NCBI RefSeq assembly: GCF_002113885.1
Contig: NW_018404097.1
Coordinates: forward strand, 1,422,950-1,486,949
DNA length: 64,000 nucleotides
DNA from: Mizuhopecten yessoensis
Taxonomy: Eukaryota
Direction of reading: 5' to 3'
This document shows positions 24,401 through 36,400 of the stretch, piece after piece (positions within the stretch are counted from its first letter, which is position 1; each line of letters opens with the position of its first letter). A program made the position numbers and the translations under genes. Below the pieces are notes generated by a model. The model saw only the letters and a list, made by a program, of their open reading frames with translations, was not told the origin of the DNA and did no database searches.

Positions 24401-27400
24401 CTATATAGAAGGGTTAGTCAGGTGGACTAACTTGGTTCATGTCAATTTATGGACTAAGTTGGTTGCTGTGTATAGGGGTCATGTCGGTTAGACTGAGTTG
24501 GTTCCTGTGTATGGGGGTCATGTCGGTTAGACTAAGTTGGTTCCTGTTTATAGGGGTCATGTCGGTTAGACTAAGTTGGGTCCTGTTTATAGGGGTCATG
24601 TCGGTTAGACTTAGTTGGTTCCTGTGTATAGGGGTCATGTCTGTTAGACTGAGTTGGTTCCTGTGTATAGGGTTCATGTCGGTTAGACTGAGTTGGTTCC
24701 TGTGTAGAGGGGTCATGTCGGTTAGACTAAGTTGGTTCCTGTGTATAGGGGTCATGTCGGTTAGACTGAGTTGGTTCCTGTTTAAAGGGGTCATGTCGGT
24801 TAGACTAAGTTGGTTCCTGTTTATAGGGGTCATGTCGGTTAGACTGAGTTGGTTCCTGTTTATAGTGGTCATGTCGGTTAGACTAAGTTGGTTCCTGTGT
24901 ATAGGGGTCATGTCGGTTAGACTGAGTTGGTTCCTGTGTAGAGGGGTCATGTCGGTTAGACTAAGTTGGTTCCTGTGTATAGGGGGCATGTCGGTTAGAC
25001 TGAGTTGGTTCCTGTGTATAGGGTTCATGTCGGTTAGACTGAGTTGGTTCCTGTGTATAGGGTTCATGTCGGTTAGACTGAGTTGGTTCCTGTGTAGAGG
25101 GGTCATGTCGGTTAGACTAAGTTGGTTCCTGTGTATAGGGGGCATGTCGGTTAGACTAAGTTGGTTCCTGTTTATAGGTGTCATGTCGGTTAGACTGAGT
25201 TGGTTCCTGTTTATAGTGGTCATGTCGGTTAGACTAAGTTGGTTCCTGTGTATAGGGGGCATGTCGGTTAGACTAAGTTGGTTCCTGTGTATAGGGGGCA
25301 TGTCGGTTAGACTAAGTTGGTTCCTGTGTATAGGGGGCATGTCGGTTAGACTGAGTTGGTTCCTGTTTATAGGGGTCATGTCGGGTAGACTAAGTTGGTT
25401 CCTGTTTATAGGGGTCATGTCGGTTAGACTAAGTTGGTTCCTGTTTATAGGGGTCATGTCGGGTAGACTAAGTTGGTTCCTGTTTATAGGGGTCATGTCG
25501 GTTAGACTAAGTTGGTTCCTGTGTATAGGGGTCATGTCGGTTAGACTGAGTTGGTTCGTGTATAAGGGTGGCCTGGCAGACTTTATTTTATTTGGTACAT
25601 CGTGTGATGGCCAGGGCCACCAGGGAGTGTTTGTTATTGATGAGCAGGTTCCTGTGAAGTCTTTTGTCTGGTGTGTTTTTTGTGGCTAGAACCTCACACA
25701 CAGACATACTATTCCAGTGTAGTTAGTCTTTATTATCTGACTTCTGGATAAACAGATAGTCATGTACTGAGTGAAAGTAGCTTCAGTGGGAAAATTCTAT
25801 TTAGAATCGTGATACACAGACGTAGGTTACTACATATGCATTAGGTGACTACATACATGTATTCAGTATATTTCAGTACATTTCCAATCCCATGTCAGAC
25901 AGTTTATCCCATTGTAAGATTACAATGCATTGTCTTCATTCATGTGTTGCCATTTTAACCTGAATTTTTTGCTTTTGGTAAAGATATCAATCCAATCTAA
26001 AACAGTGGGGAATTTGAGGAATTAAAAATTCAGGCTTTTATGTAATGTTTTTATGGATGTTTGAGCATGTATTTAACAGTCATGTTTGTATAGTAGTGGA
26101 GATTCACACACTGCAGAGGCAGAGTTTGAAGGATAAAAATGCTAACATATTTTTATTTTCTTAGTTAAAATCACAGTCTGTTACCAAGGTCAAAACAAAG
26201 AGAATGGAATATAGATAAACAGAATTTAACCCTGCAAAAGGATTGTGATTTGTTTATTTGAAATATTTAAACAAAATCAATTTCAACAAAACTATGTACA
26301 TTTAATGCTAACAGAAATCTACAGCTTGTTACCTTCTTCCCAATGTGTAGTATATATAGTGTCATCGCAGCTTGTGTTGGTGGATATACAATATTTGTAG
26401 TGTAAGTAAATGATGACATTGATATAGAAATAAGGTACTTTAAAGCATATTGCAATTTACATATTTAATGTGTTTAAAAGTTCAATAGACCCATATATGG
26501 TGATTAGACACTTAAGCCAAAGTTGATAGAGTGAAAGATCAACACGAAAACTAGGATTACATTATGATGTATACATGGTACATGGTTATACACTCTAGCC
26601 TTGAGAACATCTGTGTCAGCCCTGCTTCCTCTGACTGAGGTGATAATTACCTAATCACCTGTCTGCCTGCTGCTTGCCAAAAGCAATATCTAAAAAACTC
26701 AACAGTAAATGAGTATGTGATTATGAGGCAAAGATTTTCTTATGTGGGCTGCAGGCTTAAAGATGTTGCTCATTATATGGTATGTCTATACCCCTACGTT
26801 ACTCATTATATGGCATATGTCTATACCCCTTCGTTACTCATTATATGGGATATGTCTATACCACTACCCTACTCATTATATGGTATCTGTCTATACCCCT
26901 ACGTTCCTCGTATATGGTCTATGTCTATATTCCCCTGCGTTACTCATTATATGGTGTATGTCTATACCCCTACATTACTCGTATATGGTATATGTCAATA
27001 TACCCCTACGTTACTCTTTATATGGTATATGTCTATGCCCCTACGTTACTCATTATAGGGTATGTCTATACCCCTACGTTACTCATTATATGGTATATGT
27101 CTATACCCCTACGTTACTCGTATATGGTATATGTCTATATACCCCTACGTTACTCATTATATGGTATATGTCTATACCCCTACCTACATTTTGTATCTGT
27201 CCTTATATCAGCAGTTATAAATCTCCGAAATATCTTTGTAATCAGCGTCACAGTTTTGTGTATCTCTATAGCTATCTTTCTCTTCGTATTATTAATTTCT
27301 GTCTATCTTTTGCCTGTTTATCTGTCCCAATGTTTCCCTCTCCAAGTATTTATGTTTCTTTATAGCTATTTCCCTGTTATCTTTCCTTTAGTTTTGTCTG

Positions 27401-30400
27401 TGAATCTGCAGTGTATCATAACCCTGTTGTTATACTCCCTCAAATGACCAACTTTTAAGTTTTGGGATTCAAGATGGCTACCATAGCCTCTGATTGGTTG
27501 AGACAACAATAGCTGTAACTTGAGTTCTATAGGGCCAACTTTGTTAATACTTTGAAAGAGATACATTAGGATATATTTCATATCAAGAGGCTTACTTTTA
27601 ATTTGGGGTTTTTAATATTCCTGTGGCTTAAAATTCTACTTTCCAGCTGGTATCAGAAGGTTGAAATATGTAGAGGATGTAGGTAGTTTTATCCTTTCTA
27701 GTATGCCATTGCTTGTGTCTGTACCTGTATTGAAGTCACTGCTGTATCTCGTGTCTATACCAGTTGATACCAGTCCCTGGATCTGGACTTCCGTGTACCG
27801 ATACCTGTACCAGTAAGTGTTAAGCAGCCTATAGCTAACACGTGCAGGATGTAAGTGAACCGCACATAATTAGTGTAACATTCTGGGCAGCCTTTGGCTC
27901 CATGTGCAAGTAAGGTGTGGGAAAATATTTGATAATTAATACTTAAATGTCACTTTATATGCAGCTAATAAAGTGTGGGTCATGTGCTGGGAATTCATTA
28001 GACCCTCTTTAGTCTGGTTCTCATGAAATCTTTTTAAAAACTTTTTCACCGTTACAAGTTAACATAATTAAGTAAGACACTTCAGATGTAGAGGATCAGG
28101 AATATTTATGTTAATTTCAAATATGAGAATTTTAATAAATATTTGATGCACTTGTCCTTCACCTTGGTGATTGATAACTGTTATTTACAAACAACTGTAG
28201 TGAGGATACTGGAGCAGGCTGCACCAACTCCACACCATTGATGTGTGTACTGTATGTGGATTGCCTTGTAGACAGGTGTATCACTTAATAATGTGGATGT
28301 GAGCCAAATATATGTTATAGAGGACACATGGTAGTAAACCCCCTAACACTTGTATTGTCTGTGTAAACTTGTCCTGATAGTTGGGGAATCATCGTTCTAT
28401 GACACATCAAGGAGAATAATGTGCTCTATTAGATACGATCGGGGCTGCTGGTGAGGGCCACAGGTGTAGTCAACATCTATAGAACGTTTGTCTATAGCTT
28501 ACTTACACATGTCTATGATTGTAATGTAGTCTACAGCCATATAAAATTACCTGTTTCACTAGTGAACAGTAGCTGTTATCTAAATGAAGTTGACATTCCT
28601 GAATAATAATTGATTATGCATTGTAATTACAAAATTTGCATTCAATTCAAAGTGCCTCATAATTGCATATTACTAAACTGCTAATCCAGCTATGGTATTG
28701 TTTGATCAGGATTATGCAATCTATGCATATGGCTGACATTATATTGTGTCTTAATTTCATTTTCTACTTACAGAATACTGCCAATAAATTCAAACTTTTT
28801 TCCTATCTTTTCTGATTATTTTCTGCTTGTATCTCCCTCAGTGTATCGCCAAACTCTATTTAACACCAAAGTTTGGCTGTTCAAATGGTGACAGTGTAAC
28901 AAAGTTTTACTGTATTTCGTATAAATTGACCAGAGGTGTATGGTACTAAAGTTTTATATAAAATGTATAGTTTGCCAATCCTTTACAACTTAACTCATTC
29001 ACCCCTGAAGACACATTTGAGCTCTTCCAATTTAAAGGTTGGAATAGTTCATTGTGAAAGTTCAGGGGTGAATGAGTTAATAATGTCATACCTAGGCCTG
29101 TATTAGGAACAGTAAAAAAGCAGATTAAAGGGTTCATACCTGGTATATATAGACTGATGCTGTTAACTTTGTACTTTTACAGGTAAGATCATTTTGATAA
29201 ATAAACATACAGGTGTGTTTGATATTCCATCATAGGACAAGTGTTTTATGGTCAGTGGTCACAGATAGCTGTAATTACAGGTTATAGAGTGCATGTCCCA
29301 GACCAGTACGTGTTACTCGTTCAAAGGACCTGTTACAGGAACAAAAGAATTTTGCCCACAAAAAAGTGAACCCTGTCGTACACCTTTGCAAGGCGGCACT
29401 AAATAGTTCATAGCCCAGGCCCTGGGGACCTTTTTAATTTTTTAAAAATATCTCATGGGTCGTGTATTAGGGAGCTACAAATATAACCCAGTAATGGTTA
29501 AATTGCTTTGTGGGCAAAATTCTTTTGTTCCTGTAACAGGTCCTTTACCAAACTACCTATTTAATGCTCAGTATCTGTCTGTATGTCCCATTTCAAAGTT
29601 TGGACAAGAACTTGCCAAAAGAGCTACATAGTTTAGGTTTAATGTTCAGACCAAAGGCCAAAAGAGCTACATAGTTTAGGTTTAATATTCAGACCAAAGG
29701 CCAAAAGAGCTACATAGTTTAGGTTTAATGTTCAGACCAAAGGCCAAAAGAGCTATTGCTGAAGCAAAATATTCAGTCATCGTTCAATTTTCCTTTAAAA
29801 ACTATTCCTTAAGAACGTTTGAGCAGCTTTTAGTTAATGGGCGGTTTGGTCGAGTGGTTAACACTCCGGCCTTCCACGCAGGCGTCCAGGGTTTGATCAC
29901 CGAAGATGTCATACGCATTGATATTCAGAGAAAGTGTTTTTCTCCTGACCACACAACTCCAACATCCCTGGTGGAGTATAAATTGGTCTGGGGTGGGTGT
30001 TGCGGTATCTGTGCTGTAGTGTTCACTACAAACAACACACTACATCTCCAGCACACACGCAGGCATACACACATAGGGAGAAATAAGCCAGGAAGAAGTT
30101 AGCGCTTATTTTTTTTTTGTTAATCATAGTCCTTGGGCCAAAGGAATTCATAATCAGGTATATATGAAATAGGTGTTAGTACATCAGAGGGCATGGCGAA
30201 ATAAAGGTGTATAGGTATACGTCTGTTATGAGATTACTTATTTCATATTTTGTTTAAAATTCACTAATTCAGGTCTTGTACATGTACACAACATACATTT
30301 GATTGTAAAGCGTTTCTTTAAGTCACAGCTGGTAGCACTCTCCACATATCTGAACCGTGTAATATATAATTTCTGAGAGTGATGTTTACTGTCATTGACA

Positions 30401-33400
30401 TCCTTGACCTATGCCTATATATCCCAGTACATAAAACACGAACCCTGCCTGCCTACCTACACCACTGCAGGGAAGTTAGGACATATTTATATAGACAAGG
30501 TGCTTGTTTAATTGTCCGCATAGGTAGATAGCACATAAACATGTACACCATATATATTTACAACCATTAAAACACCTTCATCATACTCCGTTTTTGTTGA
30601 AGATTTTTAGGTCACCTGAGCTTTAGCTCAAGTGACCTATTGCTATCCGTTTCCGTCCGTCGTCGTCCGTCGTCCGTTAACATTTTACATTTCAAACTTA
30701 AAGTCTAGTTCTGCTGGGCCGATTGAACTGAAACTTTGTAGGAATGATCGAATCATGGTCCTGACAAAGTATTGTTATTTTACGTGTCGTTCAGAAATCC
30801 AATATGGCCGCCATGGCCGCCATTTTGAAAAACTATTTCAAACTTAAAGTCGAGTTCTGCTGGGCCGATTGAACTGAAACTTTGTAGGAATGATCGAATC
30901 ATGGTCCTGACAAAGTGTTGTTATATTTCGGGTCGATCAGAAATCCAATATGGCCGCCGCGGCCGCCATTTTGAAAAACTATTTAAAACTTCAAGTCAAG
31001 TTCTGCTGGGCTGATTGAACTGAAAGTTGGTAGGAATGATCGCCACATGGTCCTGACAAAGTGTTGTCATTTTTCGGGTCGATCAGAAATCCAATATGCC
31101 CGCCACGGCCGCCATTTTGACAAACTATTTCAAACTTAAAGTCGAGTTCTGCTGGGCCGATTGAACTGCAAGTTTGTAGGAATAATCAACTCATGGTCCT
31201 GACAAAGTATTGTTATTTTACGTGTCGTTCAGAAATCCAATATGGCCGCCGCGGCCGCCATTTTGAAAACCTATTGCAAACTTAAAGTCTAGTTCTGCTG
31301 GGCCGATTGAACTGCAAGTTTGTAGGAATAATCAACTCATGGTCCTGACAAAGTATTGTTATTTTACGGGTCGTTCAGAAATCCAATATGGCCGCCGCGG
31401 CCGCCATTTTGAAAAACTATTTCAAACTTAAAGTCAAGTTCTGCTACGCTGATTGAACTGGAACTGTAGGACTCAGGTGACCGTTAAGGCCCATGGGCCT
31501 CTTGTTATAGAACAATATAGATACCGGTACGTAGATTTTATTCTTACAAATCTGTTAGGTCTGAAATAAAAGAAAAATAACAACAACTTTCAGAGAAAAC
31601 TTCAAAAGAAACATTTATAAACATGACATTGAGATTTATTGATAATGATTTCAATAACTCCAGGTTAGACATCACACCTCACAGGATGGTTTTACTCACA
31701 TTGTCTATATGTACATTGTACGTTCTGTTCATACGAAATCTGATCCCAATTTTTCCAGTCGACCCAGCTGTACACATGGGCACCAGCTTGATGGGAAGTA
31801 TATCTGTGAAGCAAGTGTAAAGTTTACTCTCAGGAGCTCTTTTGACCATGTTGACACATACTGGCTTAAGTCACTTGGGTTAGGATGAATGTACTTGCAT
31901 ACAATTTACTCAACTTTACTTTCTAAAGAATGTCATGGAAATTTTGAGGAGATCGATATTGATGTGTGTACCATGAAGATAGCATGAAAGAGTCTTTTAT
32001 GAACTACACACATTTGTCATAGACTTTTTCATCATAAAACTTTGTGGAATAAACTGTCTTATATCTTATGTTCTGCATATATATATATGTGTGTAGTTTT
32101 GCAGCATCATTGGTCAATATTGTGAAGCTGACTGGTTAGATTTCTATCTAACACTTGCAAATCTACATATACGAGCAGCATGCAACACTTGTTATGCCAA
32201 ACTGGGATATAATTGCACAAGAAATCCATCTGATGCTTCACTAACTTAGAAATGGAAATACAAGGTTTCGAAATCACTTTGCCTTTAACTATTGATAATT
32301 TGATTGTTAAAACACTATACATCAGTCTTACCCGGCTAGCAGACAGTGCTCAAGTGAAGTTTTAGTTTTAGAGTACTACTCTCTATGTCCATGCCCCTAC
32401 ATATTTGTTCTGGTGGGAGTTGTCTGTTTGCTATATTTTTTGTCACAGATCAATTTGGATATTTAGGATTTCATAAACAGCTTTGTGTTTGAGTACAGAA
32501 CCAGTGCTTTAATCCTGGACGTGCATGTTACATGTACCGGTAGTTTAGAGTGACAGCAGTGGGTGCGTGATAGTCTACAGCAGGTTTAAATATTCATAGA
32601 TATTTTACCCCGAACTAGGGATTGATCTGTAGAAACTTTCATTGGGTCTATGTCATTTTCAATGCTAACAAACTTGACCTTCATACCATATCTAACAAGG
32701 TTATTTAATTTTCGCAAACAGTAGACGATCATACCAATTAATAAACAATGCATTATGCCTGATATATTTCTGACACGGGGACATCTATATTTTCCCTATA
32801 CAAATAATAGTGCATCACTAAAAATGTAGCAAATGAAATTACCATATTTATCAGACAATAAGCCTATATCTGGTAATAAGCTCACCCAAGTCAAATACTC
32901 TACAGTGAAAATACTAACTAATGCTACTTCATTGTCCTCCAATAAACCCGCTCCTTACTTTGAGTAAGACTTTCTGTGTTGCCCCATCCCCTCCCCCATT
33001 ATTCCTCTGGGATTATTGTAGATAAATACTGTAACATCTTACCAATTAACAGTTTTAGAGTCTTTTTTTTATAACTTCTGCGTATATAAGGAAGCCATGG
33101 AACTAACAAGTTTACAGTATTAGGTGTGGTAAGTGTTATTAAGTGTTTTTGTTACTGTAACCTACAAGCTGGCCTATAAGGGTTGGTATCCTGTAGATGT
33201 TAGTGAGGTCACATATTGTAGGGCTGGTCTTACATCAACCATGGTGTGTAGGAGCATAAGTAACTGTTTATGGATGTACACGATTTCAATTTGTCCCTAC
33301 TATAAAATACATATGAAGACACCTACGGGGTCCCTACTATAAAATACACAATTGTAGACACGTACAGTGGTATTGGTGAAGGGAAGGATTTCAGATGCTT

Positions 33401-36400
33401 ACATAAACTGATTTAACAAATAGCTGCAGCCTTGATGCAATTAGCTAGAGAATTGCCTATATTCCTTAATGTTATGCATAAAGTGTAACTGACCAGTGTG
33501 TCCACACTGCATGACACTGTATAAACCTGGGCAGATAACTGACCATTCTGTCTCTACTATAGGATGTTATATTACCTGGTATGGTACTGTAACTAACCAG
33601 TCTGTCCCAACTACAGGGCACTATTGTTCCAGGTTATATCTGAAACTAACCAGTCTGTCCCTATCGCTATTAGACACTATATATTACCTGGCCAGATAAT
33701 GTAACTGACCGGTCTGTCCCTACTACAGGACACTATATTACCTGGCCAGATAATGTAACTGACTGGTCTGTCCCTACTACAGGACACTTTATTACCTGGT
33801 TAGATTCTGTAACTGACCAGTCTGTCCCTACTACAAGACAATTCATTACCCGGGGCTGGTCAGATACTGTAACTGACCAGTCTGTCCCTACTACAGGACA
33901 CTTTATTACCTGGTTAGATTCTGTAACTGACCAGTCTGTCCCTACTACAAGACAATTTATTACCTGGGGCTGGTCAGATACTGTAACTGACCAGTCTGTC
34001 CCTACTACAGGACACTTTATTACCTGGTGAGATAATGTAACTGACCGGTCTGTCCCTACTACAGGACACTTTATATTATTACCTGGTCAGATACTGTTAC
34101 TGATCAGTCCGTCCCTTCTACAGGACACTATATTGCCTGGTCAGATACTGTAACTGACCAGTCTGTCCCTACCACAGGACACTATACTACCAGACTTAAT
34201 GGCTTATCCAACTTTATGGGTATCCATTACCGAGCCTGTAACGTGGTAATGTAAGTGTGCCACATAACATGACCCTAACAAGGGGGCGTGTTTGTCTTAC
34301 ACACGACAGCCACATCCAGCAACATCGTCCTGACACTTCCCCTATACTTACCCTGTATGGAATGGTTTCACGCAGGTAGGTGATCTCCATCAGCAATTTA
34401 CCATGTAAATAATACCTTTGTGATTGTTTATACAAACACCAGACACCAGGATTTATGAATGGGTTGGATGGTTTACATATGAAGTAAGAGGGTGTAGTTA
34501 ATAGGTTCTTATGGACATCTAGTGTTGATGTGATGAAAAGCAGGTAATTAATTACTTTGTCGTTTTGCTTTTTCAGTTCCAATAGTGTTTTGGTTATTTT
34601 ACTGTGACCAGAAAAAAGAAGAACATCTCTATCATTGCTTGATGGAAATATATATTTGCTAATGTCATATTGATTTAATAATTTTATGGTACTGTATTCT
34701 CGGTCAAGAATTCAGAAATAATTCTGTGTCCAAGATAACTGTGCAACACAGGTTGTAGCCAAAACAGAGGAGACTTAAATTTAAAATTCTGCTTTGTGGA
34801 AATAGCTGAATGCATTAAAGGTTTGAAACAAGGAATTGCTTTGAAATTGCTTGCTGTCATTCCAAGAGCCACTGATGATTACTAATTATTTTGTTTATTT
34901 TTCAGAAATATATTTTCACGGAAACCTAAAGACCTAGAGCCTGAGTCTGAACAACAGGGATGGAAGCTGTTTGGGCGAGTGACACCGAAGCAGGTGCCTT
35001 CTAAAGACCCCCAGCAGATCTCTCACGAGTTCCAATCCAAACAGCGGGAAGGTCAGAACCCTTCATGCAAGACAGGAAAGAAACAGGACATTGAGGTCAT
35101 GTCAACCACAGCCCTGATACTCGAAAACAGACCCATGTAAGTATATCCTATTTATCTGGTAATAACCACCTGCCTGATAATAAGCCCATCCATATCTATT
35201 GCATTTCACTAGAAATACAAAAAAACACGCTATTTCGTTGTCCTGTAGTAAATGCAAACCCTACTAAGAGTTAGAGATTATGTGTTGGTCCTTTGGACTT
35301 AATTTTCAGAACATATACAATAGTAAGCTGATTAGAGAGGAATATCACTATGCTCAAAACAGGACCATAACGTATGCATAATACAGGTCCATGTTGGTAG
35401 ACACAAAACATGATCATGCCAATATAGACTCCTCAAATCAGGCTTATAACAGTAGGGCAAAAACAGACCATGTAAACAAAGCAGGTTCAATAATGTCCCT
35501 AAAAATACCTCAGAAGGCCCATGTCATTTGACTTCAAACTGGCTCATCTCAGTAGACACATAACTGTGTAAATAGGTTTGTGCTTGTAAAAAGAACTGAT
35601 CATTGCTTGAAACAGGCCCATGAGGTAATGCTTATAAACAGTCCATCTGAAGATGCTCAAAAACCGTCTCATAAAGCTCTTCCCATTTTTGTAGCTGGTT
35701 TAACCTTTGGATTATACCCTCTCTGATCATATGAACAATGCTGAAGGGTTCACAAAAATACAAGACCTGTCTAATGTAACACTTTTTGACCTGTCTAAAT
35801 TAACCTATTGAATGTCCTGTAATGTGTGATGTATCTTTTGTGATCCTGTATGACCTGTCTATAGTGATCCTGTATGAACTGTCTGTTGTGATCCTGTATG
35901 ACCTGTCTATTGTGACCCTATATGACCTGTCTATTGTGACCATATATGACCTGTCTATTGTGACCCTATATGACCTGTCTATTGTGATCCTGTATGACCT
36001 TCTATTGTGACCATATATGACCTGTCTATTGTGATCCTGTATGACCTGTCTATTGTGACCCTGTATGACCTGTCTATTGTGATCCTGTATGACCTGTCTA
36101 TTGTGATCCTGTATGACCTGTGTATTGTGACTGTTTTACCCTTTGTATGATCTGTTTGATGTGACCCTGTGTGACCTGTGTAATGTGACCCTTTGTGACC
36201 TGTCTATTGTGACCATGTTTGACCTGTTCAATATGACCCTTTGTGTGAGGTATTTCATGTGAGAAAATGTTAACAGGAACCTGCCTACTAAAGACCCTGA
36301 GGAGGCGGAGAGACATCGGCAGCAGTATGAGACAATGATTGAGGCAGCCAAGAAAAAAGGTACGTATATATAGTGAGTCTGTTTACAATATATTCCCTTC

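Noticed and set aside
24439-25689. 416-aa hydrophobic repeat protein and a 362-aa antisense ORF
   Set aside because: Products of a 39-bp (3n) minisatellite with no unique domain.
29839-29910. tRNA-Gly(TCC) gene
   Set aside because: The anticodon stem is mismatched, the T-loop/B-box is degenerate and there is no acceptor stem; it fits a SINE head better.
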